Source: Alphaproteobacteria bacterium | GTDB taxonomy: Bacteria; Pseudomonadota; Alphaproteobacteria; SHVV01 | Length of the DNA: 64,000 nucleotides | Assembly: GCA_965261735.1 (NCBI GenBank) | Contig: OZ253470.1 | Coordinates: 3,520,001-3,584,000, forward strand | Reading direction: 5' to 3' | Shown: positions 1 through 10,686 of the stretch, piece after piece | Layout of the letters: every line of letters starts with the position of its first letter | Numbering within the stretch: the stretch's first letter is position 1 | Notes under the pieces: model-generated | What the model was told of the DNA's origin: nothing | The model's database searches: none | The model's input: only the letters and a program-made list of their open reading frames with translations | Program-made: the position numbers and the translations under genes

Positions 1-1542
1 CCACGGGTGCACTCCGCTGGGGCATTCTCACCAGCGGCGCACGATGGCGCCTCTACTATCAGGGCGCCCGGTCGGTCTCCGAACAGTTTTTTTGAAATCG
101 ATCTCCCGGCCGTTCTCAATCTTTCCGGCCACAACGAAGGCCTGTTCGCCCTCACCGAGGTGGAACGCCGACACGCGTTGAAGGTGTTTGCGCTGGTCTT
201 CCGACGCGAGGCCTTCGTGCCCGGCGCGCGCACCTTCCATCAGCGCGCCATCGCGGAAGGCCGCTTCTACGAGGAGCGAGTCGCGGCCAGTCTGTCCGAT
301 CTGGTCTTTCGCCAGGTTTTCCCCGGGCTCGCGCGTGCGATTTCTGCGGCTGAGTCGGACGTGCCCCTGCCGGAGGTGCGCGAGGCCGCCCTGCTCCTGC
401 TCTACCGGCTTCTCTTCATCTTCTACGCCGAGGAGCGCGACCTCCTGCCCGACAAGGTTCGCGGCGATGTGGGCCGCCGCAAGGACCAGGGCGATGTCTT
501 CTCCGAGACTGCTGCGCGCTATTGGTCGGTTGTGACAGATCTCTGCCGCGCCATCGACCAGGGCGACGTTGCCATCGGCCTGCCGCCCTACAATGGCGGC
601 CTCTTCGACCGGGAGCGCGCGCCGCTTCTCGACCGCATCCGGCTCGGCGACCGGGTCATAGCCGACGTCATAGACGCCCTTTCGTTCGAGCAAGGACCGA
701 CGGGCCGCCGCTATATCAACTATCGCGACCTCGGCGTCCGCCAACTCGGCTCGATCTACGAACGTCTGCTGGAACACGAACTCGTCCGCGATGGCGACGG
801 GGTCGCCGTCCGCCCCAACATCTTCGCCCGCAAGGGATCGGGCAGCTACTACACGCCCGACGACCTGGTCGGCCTGATCGTCGAGGAAACCATCGAACCC
901 CTGGTGCGGGCGCGCATGGACGCCTTCGAGGCGGAAGCCGGGCGAATGCCAGCAGACGGGCCTCAGTGCGAGCGAGCGGTTGTGCGGCTCGCAGCGCTCG
1001 ACCCGGCCGAGAAGATTCTTGAGTTCAAGGTGTGCGACCCGGCCATGGGGTCCGGGCACTTCCTGGTCAGTCTGGTCGACTATCTCGCCGACGGAGTGAT
1101 TGCGGCCATGGCCGAGGCGGAAGCGTTGGTAGAGGGCTATGTCTCGCCGCTCGTGAGCCTGATCCAGGCCATCCGCGACAGGATCGTGGCGAACGCCGAG
1201 GAGCGCGCTTAGGTCACTGACCGGGACCGGCTCGACGACCGCCACATCGTCCGGCGCATGGTCCTCAAGCGCTGCGTCTACGGTGTCGACAAGAACCCCA
1301 TGGAGGTGGAGCTGGTCAAGGTCGCGCTGTGGCTGCGCACCTTCACGGTCGGCGCGCCGCTCAGCTTCCTGGATCACTATCTTCGCTGCGGCGACAGCCT
1401 GTTTTGGCGCATGGGCACGGGGCGGGGTCGACAAGGCGACCGAGTATGGCAGCCCGTTGCTTCTGCACGCCTCTGTCACCCAGGCGGGACTTGCCGCGCG
1501 GGAAATGCAGACTATCGAGGAGTTGACCGACGCCGAGATCGC
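1..1542 (+). pseudogene. Type IIG/Eco57I-like restriction-modification enzyme (N6-adenine methyltransferase region), disrupted
   Basis: Motifs LGSIYERLLE, RKGSGSYYTP, DPAMGSGHFL and CVYGVDKNP. In-frame TAG at 1210-1212 with coding continuing in frame ([20 protein letters not shown]), a frameshift near 1403, then an IS256 insertion at 1543. A few codons (EIAEAHRSAE) resume after 2936. Confidence 0.85.
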
Positions 1543-2936
1543 GGTTGTGTCTCGAAAGTGGTGGAAATTGGTTTTGGCGCCACTCCGAGCGGGTTGAGTT
1601 TTGCGGCGGTCAGGCCGCGCGGTCAAGGGTTTCGTCGGCGATTAGCTGATCGAGGGTTTCCCATCCATCGACTTTGCGCATCTGGATTTGGCCGGAAGCG
1701 AGGAGCGCCCAGAGGAGCATCGGCACTGTTTCGGGACACGGCAGCACGGTCTGTGTTTTGATCCGGCGCTTGAACTCCTCGTTAAGACGCTCAATGGCGT
1801 TGGTCGTTCGGGCTGATTTCCATTGGCTCTTGGACAGGCGCGTGAAGGTAAAGAGCTTGTCGCCCGCTTCTGCGAGGCTGTCCGCGACGGCCCTGCATTT
1901 CAGCCGCCACTTGCGGACAAACGCCTTGCGGCGGGTTTCCACCTCGGAGGCAGTGTCAGCATAGATCATATCGCGGTAATCTTCGCTCAGCTCGTCATGC
2001 ATGTGTTTGGGAGCATGACCCAGAAGGTTGCGGTGCTTGTGCACGGTGCAGCGTTGAACGGGAAGGTCATCGCCCCAAAGCGCCGACAGAGCCGCCTCCA
2101 GTCCCGGCGCGCCATCGACGATGACAAACCCGGGCCGTTTCAGTCCACGCGCATCAAGGTCGTCGAGGAACTGGCGCCACGCCGCCTGGCTTTCTCCGCC
2201 CATATTCCCGATCGAAAGCAAGACCTTCTGGCCATCCCGGCGCACCCCTATAGCCGCGAGAACCGAGATGTTGGTGGCCTTGCGGTCCAGTCGGGTCTTG
2301 ATCACAGTGCCGTCAAGGAGCAACCGAACGATATCCTCATCCGCGAGGCCACGGCTGCACCAGGCGTCCCAATCGACCTTCACCTTGCGCCACGCCCGGC
2401 TCACAACGTCCTTGCTCACAGCACCCCGGAAGAGCCCGAACAGCGCGCGTTTCACCCGCCGCGTGTTGGTTCCGGACAGATACACCGAAGCGATCAGCGC
2501 CTCGGCCTTTCTGGTCAGCCGCTGGTAGCGCGGCAGCGCCCGCGAACGCCATTCCGACGCTCGACCGTCTTCCTCAACGATCCGCGCACGCGGCACGCTC
2601 ACCCTCTCGGTCCCGAATGTCCCCGTCAGTTGCCGCTCCCGGTGCCCGTTCCGATACCCTTGCCGAAGCGCGTCCTCTCGACCGTATCGGCAGCGCCCGA
2701 GAAACTGCGCAAGTTCCTCCTCAAAAACGGCCTCGATCGTGGATCTGATGTTCTCCCGCAGCCGGTCCTCGAGCGGATCATAGCCGGCGTCATTGGCCAG
2801 TAGCGAAAGCGCGGAAGTCTCGGTAGTGTTCTTCATGGCGTGATCTCCTTGGCGGTGCTAGCCGCCGATTGGGTGGTTGTCTTGTCACCCGGAGATTACG
2901 CCATCCTCAAATTTCCACCACTTTCGAGACACAGCC
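1543..2936 (-). mobile_element. IS256-family element A, copy 1 (1394 bp)
   Basis: Terminal IRs GGTTGTGTCTCGAAAGTGGTGGAAATT / AATTTCCACCACTTTCGAGACACAGCC; 8-bp TSD GAGATCGC at 1535-1542 and 2937-2944. Confidence 0.95.
1610..2836 (-). CDS. IS256-family (Mutator) transposase, 408 aa
   Basis: [17 protein letters not shown] and [11 protein letters not shown] motifs. Confidence 0.95.
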   Translation of the reverse strand: MKNTTETSALSLLANDAGYDPLEDRLRENIRSTIEAVFEEELAQFLGRCRYGREDALRQGYRNGHRERQLTGTFGTERVSVPRARIVEEDGRASEWRSRALPRYQRLTRKAEALIASVYLSGTNTRRVKRALFGLFRGAVSKDVVSRAWRKVKVDWDAWCSRGLADEDIVRLLLDGTVIKTRLDRKATNISVLAAIGVRRDGQKVLLSIGNMGGESQAAWRQFLDDLDARGLKRPGFVIVDGAPGLEAALSALWGDDLPVQRCTVHKHRNLLGHAPKHMHDELSEDYRDMIYADTASEVETRRKAFVRKWRLKCRAVADSLAEAGDKLFTFTRLSKSQWKSARTTNAIERLNEEFKRRIKTQTVLPCPETVPMLLWALLASGQIQMRKVDGWETLDQLIADETLDRAA

Positions 2937-3011
2937 GAGATCGCCGAGGCGCACCGCTCCGCCGAGACCCTCTGAGACAGGTCTGCGCTGCCGGCCCGCC
3001 GCCGTCCGCGT

Positions 3012-3413
3012 TCAACCCCGCCGGGCCAGCCACAGCGCCGCGATCCATACCGGCAGGCTGAGCACCACCGCGGCGACAACGATCGCCAGCGGTCCGAGCA
3101 ATCCCAGCAGTAGCGACGCCGCCACCGTTACGGTCCCCAGCGCCGCGCCCACGCCCCAGGCGGCACGGCGAAATCCGAGCCACCACAACCGTCGGCACGC
3201 CAGCGCCAGTGGCAGGCCGCAAGGGGCGACGACGATCAGCGAGGGCGCTGCCATCAACACCATCGGCAACCACATTCCGGTCATCTCCGACGGTGTCCTC
3301 TCCGGCATGAAGCGGAACGCCGCCGTCGCGACGACCCCCACCGGCAGCCAGAGCAGCGCCAGCGGCCAGAATCCCCGGCGCCTGGTGGATCCCCGCTCGT
3401 TCATGCCACGCAC
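3012..3413 (-). CDS. Hypothetical membrane protein
   Basis: 133-aa ORF with about four hydrophobic segments; no recognised family. Confidence 0.55.
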   Translation of the reverse strand: MRGMNERGSTRRRGFWPLALLWLPVGVVATAAFRFMPERTPSEMTGMWLPMVLMAAPSLIVVAPCGLPLALACRRLWWLGFRRAAWGVGAALGTVTVAASLLLGLLGPLAIVVAAVVLSLPVWIAALWLARRG

Positions 3414-3457
3414 AACACCAAGGCGATCCGTGATGCGTTGAGAAGAGAAGTTTGCGC

Positions 3458-3751
3458 TTATTTCGCCTTTTCATTCTTGTATGCGATGAAGCCCGACGCG
3501 CCCTTGCCTTTGGCGCGGCACAGTGTGTAACCCTGATTGCCGAGATTGAATTTCGGGTCATTCTCACGGCCTGCGAGAGCCTCGACGATCTTCACCGCCA
3601 CAGGATCGGGTTTGTCTTTGGCTTGTGAAGCAGCTTGGCGCTCCAACCACTTTGCGAAAACTTCTTCGGCGAGGTCATCACCGACAGATTTCCGAAGCGC
3701 GTTCAATTTTCTTACCCGACCCTTGGGGAGCCCAGTTTCATCGATAGCCAT
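3458..3751 (-). CDS. Small hypothetical basic protein
   Basis: 97-aa ORF, GAGGTTCAGGA RBS-like sequence upstream of ATG, protein-like composition. Confidence 0.65.
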   Translation of the reverse strand: MAIDETGLPKGRVRKLNALRKSVGDDLAEEVFAKWLERQAASQAKDKPDPVAVKIVEALAGRENDPKFNLGNQGYTLCRAKGKGASGFIAYKNEKAK

Positions 3752-4076
3752 TTCCTGAACCTCTCATTTCCGGCCTCTCTCACTGCAGCGTGGCGCGGCT
3801 TCGGTACAACCAATTACCACTGTTATGCAACAGTTCACGAGCAACAGCGCATGCGATCGCCGAGGCACCTGCGTGTACCACGCGACCGGCGTCAACTGCA
3901 TACGCGCGGAATGGCAACACGCTCAAGCCATCGCATTGATGGCTTTCGACGCCTGCCCACAACCTTTAAAACAAGGCCTTTGGGGCCGCTTGTAGTATAC
4001 ACATGGGTACAAGTCCACTATATGTAGTGGCCTTAGGAGAACGTTTCGGTTCGGGGAACAACAGAGGCCACACATC

Positions 4077-4361
4077 ATAGGCAGAGCCGCGTTCATCGAG
4101 AATGTCGCCAGGAAGTGCAACATGAGCAAGGCCGAGGCCAAGCGCACGGTCGATCTGGTCTTGGGCGAGGTCGAGGCTGGGCTGAAGAAGTCGAAGAAGG
4201 AAGGCCGCTACACCATCGGCAACTTCGGCACCTTTACCATCACCAGGCGTCCGGCGCGCAAGGGCCGCAATCCGCAGACGGGCGAAGCGATCCGGATCAA
4301 GGCCTCCAAGGTTCTGAAGTTCCGGCCGGCCGCCGCGTTGAAGAGGGCGGCGGGCGCCTGA
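4077..4361 (+). CDS. HU/IHF-family histone-like DNA-binding protein
   Basis: IGNFGTF and RKGRNPQTGEAIRIKASKVLKFRPAAALK signatures. The HU N-terminal helix extends in frame to an ATA at 4077; the first ATG is at 4122. Confidence 0.9.
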   Translation: MGRAAFIENVARKCNMSKAEAKRTVDLVLGEVEAGLKKSKKEGRYTIGNFGTFTITRRPARKGRNPQTGEAIRIKASKVLKFRPAAALKRAAGA

Positions 4362-4393
4362 TCTCCGGTTGACATCTCCCAGTTTCGGCACTG

Positions 4394-4508
4394 ATGCGCA
4401 CGTTGGAGGAGCAGACAGCCGCCGTACGCCAAGTGCTGAGGGGTGTATTTGGGTTCGACGGGTTCCGCCCGGGCCAGGAAGCGGCCATCGAGGCGTTCCT
4501 GGCCGGCG
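4394..4508 (+). pseudogene. recQ: RecQ helicase N-terminal fragment
   Basis: VLRGVFGFDGFRPGQEAAIEAFLAG matches the RecQ N-terminal Q-motif region; similarity stops after about 38 codons. Confidence 0.7.
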
Positions 4509-4652
4509 CCGCAGGCGTCGTCGCCGCCGCGACCGTACCCCGATCAGTCGATGGTGCCGGTGCCAGTGGCCGCCAGTGGGACACCGAAATCCCGGCGCTG
4601 GACCCCCCCCCCCGACAGCGCTGCAAGCTGTGTAAAACGGGAAGACGTTGAA

Positions 4653-7250
4653 ATGAATTTATCGTCATGCGTGCAGTTTTCATGCGTGCCGCCCTACGGC
4701 CGCCGGACGCCCACACTGTTCTGGATTGCCGCCGCCATGGCGATTGCTGCGGTGATGTTTCTGGCCCCTGCGCATAGCGCCGCCGCCGAGGGGGACGCAT
4801 CGGTGGCCAGCCACATCCCCCAGCTGGCGGTGGATGCGGTACGCCCCTTGGCCGTGATCGACCGCGAGGATATCGCGCTGTCGGGCATGCGCACGGTCTC
4901 GGACCTGCTGGTGAGCCGGCAACGCTTCAACAGCTTCGGCCTTCATCGGGTACTGTTCCTGGGCAGCCGGGTCGCTTATCTCATCGATGGCCGCCGCATC
5001 TCAGATTCCACCCTCGATCTGTCCACCCTGCCGATATCGGCGGTGGAGCGCATTGAGATCCTGAGCGGCAGCGCCGCTGCTCTGCACGGCGGGCACGCCA
5101 TCGCCGGTGCGATCAACATCGTGCTCAGGCGCGGTAATGAGGGTGTCGAGGCCTCGACCTTCGCCGCCCGGCCGACGGACGCAGGCGGCGATATGGAGCA
5201 GGGCAGCGCCTTGTGGGGAGGCGAGGTCGGCCAGGGCCATATGACCGTCGCTGTGGATGTCTTCCGACGCCAGGAAATTCCCGACTCGGCGCGGGAGCAC
5301 AGCCGCGCCCAATGGACGCCGGGCGGCACGTTCGCCGACGCGTCCGGCGTTTCGGTGGGCGGCAACACCGTCTTCATCGCGACCAAGAGCTATGACGAGA
5401 ACGGCGACGTCACCGCCATCCACGTTCCCGGCGTTGTCAGTCGTTCGATCGCGCGCCCCCTCGGCAATTGCCCCGGCAGCATGTACACCGGCGCGCTCGC
5501 CGACCCTCTCGGCAGTCCAGGCACAGGTTGCGGCTTCGCCTATGCCGACATCTCGTGGGCTATGGCGCGCTATGGGCGGGAAAGCCTGTTCCTCGCCCTC
5601 GATCATCCGCTCGGCGAAGGCGCCGATGCTTATCTCGATATCCGGGCTGCAAGGGACAAAACGCTGGAGCGCTATGCTCCTTCGGTCGGCACCTTCTCCG
5701 TTTCGTCGGAGACGCTCAGGGACCAGCTGCTGTCCGATCCCGAGATCGACTCGCTACCCGAGAGCGTTCGCGTGTCCCATCGCTTTGTCGGCCACGGCAA
5801 CCGCGAGTGGCTTACGACGCTGGAGGAATATGACGTCACGCTCGGCCTGGAGGGGCAGTTCGCAGACAGCATCGGCTATGACGCGCACCTGCGCTACTAC
5901 CGCCACGATTCGCTCGTCGACGGCAATACCTTCGTGAGCGGAAGCGCCATCCAGCGGGTCATCGACGAAGGGCGTTATGACCTCGTGAACCCGCTCTCTC
6001 CCGCCAATCGTGACGCGATCCGAGAGACGGCGCTGCGGCTGACCCGCGATCGGGTGACGGACTACAGGACGGTCCGCGCATCCCTGGACGGACCGATGTT
6101 GGTGCTTCCCGGCGGCGAGGCGCGGTGGGCGGCGGGCGCGGAGTTTGCCGCCGAGGACTGGCGCGATGTCCACGCCTATCGGGACCGTTCCGGCCGTTCC
6201 TACGACGCGAGGGACGTGCTCGGGGCCGGTGGGATACAGGCGTCGGGCGACCGGCAGCGCTGGTCGGGTTTCGGGGAGGTGTCGCTGCCGGTGCGTGACG
6301 ATTGGGACGTCACGTTGGCAGGGCGGGGCGACGATCATGACGATGTCGGCGCGACCTGGTCCCACCAGCTTGCGAGCCGGTTCCGCCTGAACGATGCCCT
6401 GACGCTGCGGGGCTCCTGGGACAAAGGCTCCAGGCCGCCCAGCCTGTACGAACTGCATCTGCGCAGCTCGAACGATTTTCCGTGGGTCTGTGACAGGAGG
6501 AGCCATGGGGGCGCGCTGGAGACCTGCCCCGTAGAGCAGGTGGTGCGGGTGAGTAGCGGCAATTCGAACCTGGAGCCGGACGAGGCCGAGAGCGTCAGTC
6601 TCGGCGCCGTGATCGGCCTGGGATCGCTATCCCTGAGTGCGGACTGGTTCCGGATCGCGCTTTCCGATGTGCCGGCTCGATTGTCCCCGCAGTCGATCAT
6701 GGATCTCGAGGCCAGGGAAGGGTTGCCGCCCGGTGTGGCGGTGACACGCACACAGGAGGGCAAGGTCGAGCGGATCGATAGTCCGATCGTCAACAGCGGG
6801 GAGACCGATGCGTCGGGTGTCGATGTGAGGGCGCGGCTCGACTGGGACATCGCCTGGGCGGACTTGGCGATTGATGCTCGTTGGCTGCGCATGAGCCGGC
6901 AAGAGACCCGGGTGGCCGGCGAACTTCAGCCGGGCGACTATCCGCGGGACCGCGTTCATGGGTCGCTTAGGGCGAGCCGAGGCGGCCTCACCGCGAGCTG
7001 GAGTGTATACGCGGTTTCGGGCTACTGGAACGCGCGCCGGACCGGCCGCTTCGACGGCTGGGTGGGCCACGACATCACCGTCCGCTGGCGCGACCCCTTC
7101 GGTCTGAGCGGGATGGACCTCACCGGCGGCGTGCTCAATATCGCGGATCGCGGCCCGGCCATCGATCCCACGGACCCCGATGCCGCGGACGTGAGTCTGG
7201 ACTCGGGTCGGGGGCGCATGATCTTCCTGACCGCCACGATGTCGTGGTGA
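4653..7250 (+). CDS. TonB-dependent outer membrane receptor
   Basis: Signal-peptide-like segment, plug motifs LIDGRR and LPISAVERIEILSGSAAALHGGHAIAGAINIVLR, GNSNLEPDEAES, terminal aromatic W. Start uncertain (4653 or 4738). Confidence 0.9.
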   Translation: MNLSSCVQFSCVPPYGRRTPTLFWIAAAMAIAAVMFLAPAHSAAAEGDASVASHIPQLAVDAVRPLAVIDREDIALSGMRTVSDLLVSRQRFNSFGLHRVLFLGSRVAYLIDGRRISDSTLDLSTLPISAVERIEILSGSAAALHGGHAIAGAINIVLRRGNEGVEASTFAARPTDAGGDMEQGSALWGGEVGQGHMTVAVDVFRRQEIPDSAREHSRAQWTPGGTFADASGVSVGGNTVFIATKSYDENGDVTAIHVPGVVSRSIARPLGNCPGSMYTGALADPLGSPGTGCGFAYADISWAMARYGRESLFLALDHPLGEGADAYLDIRAARDKTLERYAPSVGTFSVSSETLRDQLLSDPEIDSLPESVRVSHRFVGHGNREWLTTLEEYDVTLGLEGQFADSIGYDAHLRYYRHDSLVDGNTFVSGSAIQRVIDEGRYDLVNPLSPANRDAIRETALRLTRDRVTDYRTVRASLDGPMLVLPGGEARWAAGAEFAAEDWRDVHAYRDRSGRSYDARDVLGAGGIQASGDRQRWSGFGEVSLPVRDDWDVTLAGRGDDHDDVGATWSHQLASRFRLNDALTLRGSWDKGSRPPSLYELHLRSSNDFPWVCDRRSHGGALETCPVEQVVRVSSGNSNLEPDEAESVSLGAVIGLGSLSLSADWFRIALSDVPARLSPQSIMDLEAREGLPPGVAVTRTQEGKVERIDSPIVNSGETDASGVDVRARLDWDIAWADLAIDARWLRMSRQETRVAGELQPGDYPRDRVHGSLRASRGGLTASWSVYAVSGYWNARRTGRFDGWVGHDITVRWRDPFGLSGMDLTGGVLNIADRGPAIDPTDPDAADVSLDSGRGRMIFLTATMSW

Positions 7251-7364
7251 GGGAAGGTCGGGCCGATCACAGCGTCATCGGATGGAGCGAAGCAGGCTCA
7301 GGCAACCTGCTCCTCGAACGGAACGAGTTCGATGTCGCCTTCCCGCTTGCGGGTCTGATCCGGA

Positions 7365-7455
7365 TGTTATTCGGCGCGCAGATTCGACGCCGATCGGCGC
7401 GCTAACCGTTTGAAATCTCTTGATCCGGAGGGTCAAAATTTCGCGCCGAATAACA
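7365..7455. mobile_element. 91-bp MITE with IS21-type ends
   Basis: Perfect 14-bp IR TGTTATTCGGCGCG / CGCGCCGAATAACA and internal GGGTCAAAATTT repeat typical of IS21 termini; related copies at 10538-13253 and 30743-30763. Confidence 0.65.
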
Positions 7456-7551
7456 CATACGGGGCTACCGCGCGGCGCGTCCCCGCCGCCGTTCCTGATA
7501 AAATTACCGATATTGTCCGTCATCAAAACAAATGGGACTGTTGAGCGTGTT

Positions 7552-8568
7552 TCATAAGAGAGGATCTGGCTCATCTTTGTTTGATGTTAAGCCGCTTGGC
7601 TTTGATGGTTCAAGCGGCGGTTTTGGGTGGTCAGTTTTTTTGATCTTTTTTCTCTTTTCGATGATGGCGGTGTGGCGTCCAAAGTAGGCGTCGGCTGGAG
7701 TTACGTTGCCGACGCTCTCGTGGTAGCGTTGGTTGTTGTAGTGATCGACGAAGGCGCTGATCTGGTTTTCGAGATCGCCGGGTAGATAATAATTTTCAAG
7801 CAGGATCCGGTTCTTCAGCGTTTGATGCCAGCGCTCGATCTTGCCCTGGGTTTGCGGGTGATACGGTGCGCCCCGAACGTGATCCATACCGTGGTCCTCG
7901 AGCCATTCCGCGAGATCACCGGAGATATAGGACGAGCCGTTGTCGCTGAGCAGCCTCGGCTTGTGGACGACATTGGCGCGGTTGCAGCCTGAGGCTTCTA
8001 GCGCCAACTTCAGTGTTGCCGTCACATCGTCCGCCGTCATGTTGGTGCAGAGCTTCCAAGCAATGATGTAGCGGGAATAGTCGTCCAGGATGGTCGACAG
8101 GTAAAACCAGCCCCAGCCGATGACCTTGAGATAGGTGAAGTCGGTCTGCCACAGCTGGTTCGGCGCCGTGATCTTGTCGCGGAACTCATCGGCTGCCTTG
8201 ATGACCACGAAAGCGGGGCTGGTGATCAGGTCGTGGGCCTTGAGAAGCCGGCAAACCGAGGCTTCCGAGACAAAATAGCCCCTGGTGTCCGTAAACCTGA
8301 CGGCCAGTTCCCGGGGCGACAGTTGCGTCTCCTCCAGGGCAAGATCGATGATCTGCCCCCGGACATCATCCGGGATACGGTTCCACACCCGGCCTGGGCT
8401 GCTGTTGCGATCCTCAAGACCGGCGTCGCCAAAGGCCAGAAAGCGATCGTACCAGCGATAAAAGGTGGTCTTCGGAATGCCCAGCTTGTCCAAAGTGGAC
8501 CCGACGCCCAGGTGGGACTGCTCGACCAGGCGGATGATCTCCAGCTTCTCGGATGCGGGATACCTCAT
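7552..8568 (-). CDS. IS3-family transposase OrfB (rve integrase core)
   Basis: WQTDFTY, LDDYSR, SDNG and QTQGKIERWH DDE motifs. The C-terminus may be frameshifted in the poly-A run near 7635. Confidence 0.9.
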   Translation of the reverse strand: MRYPASEKLEIIRLVEQSHLGVGSTLDKLGIPKTTFYRWYDRFLAFGDAGLEDRNSSPGRVWNRIPDDVRGQIIDLALEETQLSPRELAVRFTDTRGYFVSEASVCRLLKAHDLITSPAFVVIKAADEFRDKITAPNQLWQTDFTYLKVIGWGWFYLSTILDDYSRYIIAWKLCTNMTADDVTATLKLALEASGCNRANVVHKPRLLSDNGSSYISGDLAEWLEDHGMDHVRGAPYHPQTQGKIERWHQTLKNRILLENYYLPGDLENQISAFVDHYNNQRYHESVGNVTPADAYFGRHTAIIEKRKKIKKTDHPKPPLEPSKPSGLTSNKDEPDPLL

Positions 8569-8939
8569 TCCTCGTCTCCCCCATGCCCGATCATGTTTTT
8601 TTTGAGAAGCCGGTTCTCCAGCGAAAGTTCGGCGACCAACTCCTTCAAGTCGCGCATCTCCTGGCGCAGGCCTTTAACCTCGCCCGAGGTCGCTTGGCGC
8701 CCGGTGTCGCCGGCGAGCCGCTTCTTGCCCGCTTCCAAAAACTCTTTCGACCAGCTGTAATACAGACCCTCGGCGATGCCCTCGCGGCGGCACAAGGCGG
8801 CGATGCTCTCCTCGCCGCGCAGGCCCGACACCACGATCCGGATCTTCTCCTCAGCCGTATACTGCTTGCGTGTCTTGCGGCGAATATCCCGAACCGTTCC
8901 CTCCGCCGGGTCGTTCTTGCTCATTGATTTCTGTCTCAT
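8565..8939 (-). CDS. IS3-family transposase OrfA (HTH)
   Basis: RKQYTAEEKIRIV...LCRREGI...YYSW HTH; A-run slippage site before the ATGA overlap with orfB. Confidence 0.9.
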   Translation of the reverse strand: MRQKSMSKNDPAEGTVRDIRRKTRKQYTAEEKIRIVVSGLRGEESIAALCRREGIAEGLYYSWSKEFLEAGKKRLAGDTGRQATSGEVKGLRQEMRDLKELVAELSLENRLLKKNMIGHGGDEE

Positions 8940-9129
8940 CTTCGTTCCCTTCGGTCACTACGATGAGCCAGAAATCCTCCGGTATGCAATTACCTCAATT
9001 TGTCCCAAAGGCGCTGACGTCAGACATTGTCCTCGAAACGGGAATTCGAGGTGTCGCGCACGCCTTCAGCAAATGCGATAGGGTCGTGTCCTACACCACG
9101 CTGTGGGACACGACCTACCGGCATTGCCC

Positions 9130-9350
9130 GATGTTCACCGTAGTCGCCCCCACGACGAGTCTTAGCCTCGACGACCATTTCATAAAGCGTCCTGCGGCGA
9201 CGTTCTTCGTCACGGTCGAGGGCGATGGCATGGCCGAACACGGGATCCTTGCCGGCGACATCCTGATCGTCGACCGTTCGCGCACGCCGGGTGCAGGCTC
9301 CATCGTCATCCCGGCAATCGAAGGTGAGCTGACCGCCCGTCCCTTGAGTG
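9130..9350 (+). pseudogene. umuD: UmuD/LexA-like S24 peptidase fragment
   Basis: LSLDDHFIKRPAATFFVTVEGDGM...GDILIVDRS...GELT resembles UmuD; the catalytic Ser (GDSM) and Lys positions are altered and the ends are missing. Confidence 0.65.
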
Positions 9351-9502
9351 AGTCGCTATCACCTCCACCTTCACCGCCAGCGATGACAGGCGGTCCGGGG
9401 GAAGTCTTCGAGCGCGCCGGCTGGCGCCAGCAGACGCAGTGCAAGCGCCCCACGTGGCGGGGCCTGTTCGGCAGCGGCGAGGCGGAGTGAAATGTAAGGC
9501 CA

Positions 9503-10315
9503 ATGGAACCGACTGGATCATGTTCGATTTGGTGCTGGTTTATCGCAAACAGCGCGGTGCTCCGTGACCTGGGTTCGATATTCCTGGCGGTCCTGGGCAT
9601 TGGGCTGCTGACGTGGAGGTCTTTAAGCGCAGGACGTCAGGCTAGAGCTTCTCAAACGCAGGCCGATCTTGCTCAGGAACAGATCTTCCTAGCGCGGCAT
9701 GACTCACTAGCCGACCGATACCAGAAGGCCTCGGACATGCTTGGTAGTGATCTGCTCTCAGTGCGACTAGGGGGAATTTACGGGCTGTGCCAGCTCGCGC
9801 AGGACTATCCAAAGGAATTCCACCTACGGGTCGTTAACCTCTTGGCAGCTTTCGTCCGTCACCCACCACCAATCGAACCGGCGGCAACTGAAACGGCGGC
9901 AACTGAAGAGCCCCTTTTCTCTGTGCCCGCCCCTCGCAGAGACGACATACAAGAAATTATCGATTTCTTTGGTAAGCGGTCGACCGAAGGTCGGGAGATC
10001 GAGAAAACGGAGCGTTACACCATCAACCTCAAAGGGTCCAACCTGAATGGAATCGATTTTTCGTCCGGCTCCAATCTTGAAGGGATCGATCTGCAACTCA
10101 CGAATTTGACGAGAGCATCTTTCATCAAAGTGCAAGGCTTGGCGCTGAAACAACTGTGGGGAGCGGGGGATGATGCTCCCGAATCAGTCTTCTTTTCGGA
10201 GACCCATGACTCTGAAACAGGAGCAAGTCTTGACGATCTAGTTCTGCGTTACGGCTCCAATCCCCGTCAAGCGTCCACCGCTAGTCCATCCGCATCACCT
10301 CCGCCCGGTGACTGA
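9503..10315 (+). CDS. Membrane-anchored pentapeptide-repeat protein
   Basis: N-terminal TM helix, DRYQKASDMLGSDLLSVRLGGIYGL motif and short pentapeptide repeats (NLKGS NLNGI, NLEGI, NLTRA); lower GC than the flanks. Confidence 0.7.
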   Translation: MEPTGSCSIWCWFIANSAVLRDLGSIFLAVLGIGLLTWRSLSAGRQARASQTQADLAQEQIFLARHDSLADRYQKASDMLGSDLLSVRLGGIYGLCQLAQDYPKEFHLRVVNLLAAFVRHPPPIEPAATETAATEEPLFSVPAPRRDDIQEIIDFFGKRSTEGREIEKTERYTINLKGSNLNGIDFSSGSNLEGIDLQLTNLTRASFIKVQGLALKQLWGAGDDAPESVFFSETHDSETGASLDDLVLRYGSNPRQASTASPSASPPPGD

Positions 10316-10347
10316 GAACCCGCAACACTGATGCGGAAGAGGGGGAC

Positions 10348-10537
10348 ATGAGCCGCCACCACGTCCACCTGGATGCCCGCCGCTGGCAGGCGGTGCGCCG
10401 TGCCGTGTTCGAGCGCGACGGCTACAGGTGCGTCGAGTGCGGCAGGTCCGGGCGCCTGGAGTGCGACCACATTACGCCGCTCGACCGAGGCGGCGATCCC
10501 TGGGACCTCGACAACCTGCAAGCCCTCTGCCGCCGTT
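10348..10537 (+). pseudogene. Phage-type HNH endonuclease, truncated by MITE insertion
   Basis: RDGYRCVECG...DHITPLDRGG...NLQALCRR; the final CH..K residues are replaced by MITE sequence from 10538. Confidence 0.8.
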
Positions 10538-10686
10538 TGTTATTAGGCGTGCGTATTCGACGCCGATCGGGAGCTATGGCCAGAAGTTGGTGACGGGGTG
10601 AAGGGTTAAGGCGGCGTATCGTGGGGGTGATCGAGCCTCCACTTCTCCAACGAAGGAGTGATACGCCGTGAGTGACAATAACGTTT

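Larger units (their letters stand above)
7514..9026 (-). mobile_element. IS3-family insertion sequence
   Basis: TGT...ACA ends with imperfect IR (TGTCCGTCATCA..ATGGGAC / GTCCCAAAGGCGCTGACGTCAGACA) and orfA/orfB arrangement; no TSD seen. Confidence 0.85.

Noticed and set aside
1210-1212. In-frame TAG in the methyltransferase as possible pyrrolysine or read-through
   Set aside because: The gene also has a frameshift, an IS insertion and a 3' truncation; a TGG-to-TAG nonsense change is the simpler explanation.
28-1626. Long antisense or alternate-frame ORFs (also 38773-40281, 58391-60421, 25508-26947)
   Set aside because: Shadow ORFs of GC-rich genes, Arg/Pro/Ala-rich and without recognisable motifs.
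9879-9907. 15-bp tandem duplication (AATET/AATEE)
   Set aside because: Two copies in a low-complexity linker; no sign of function.
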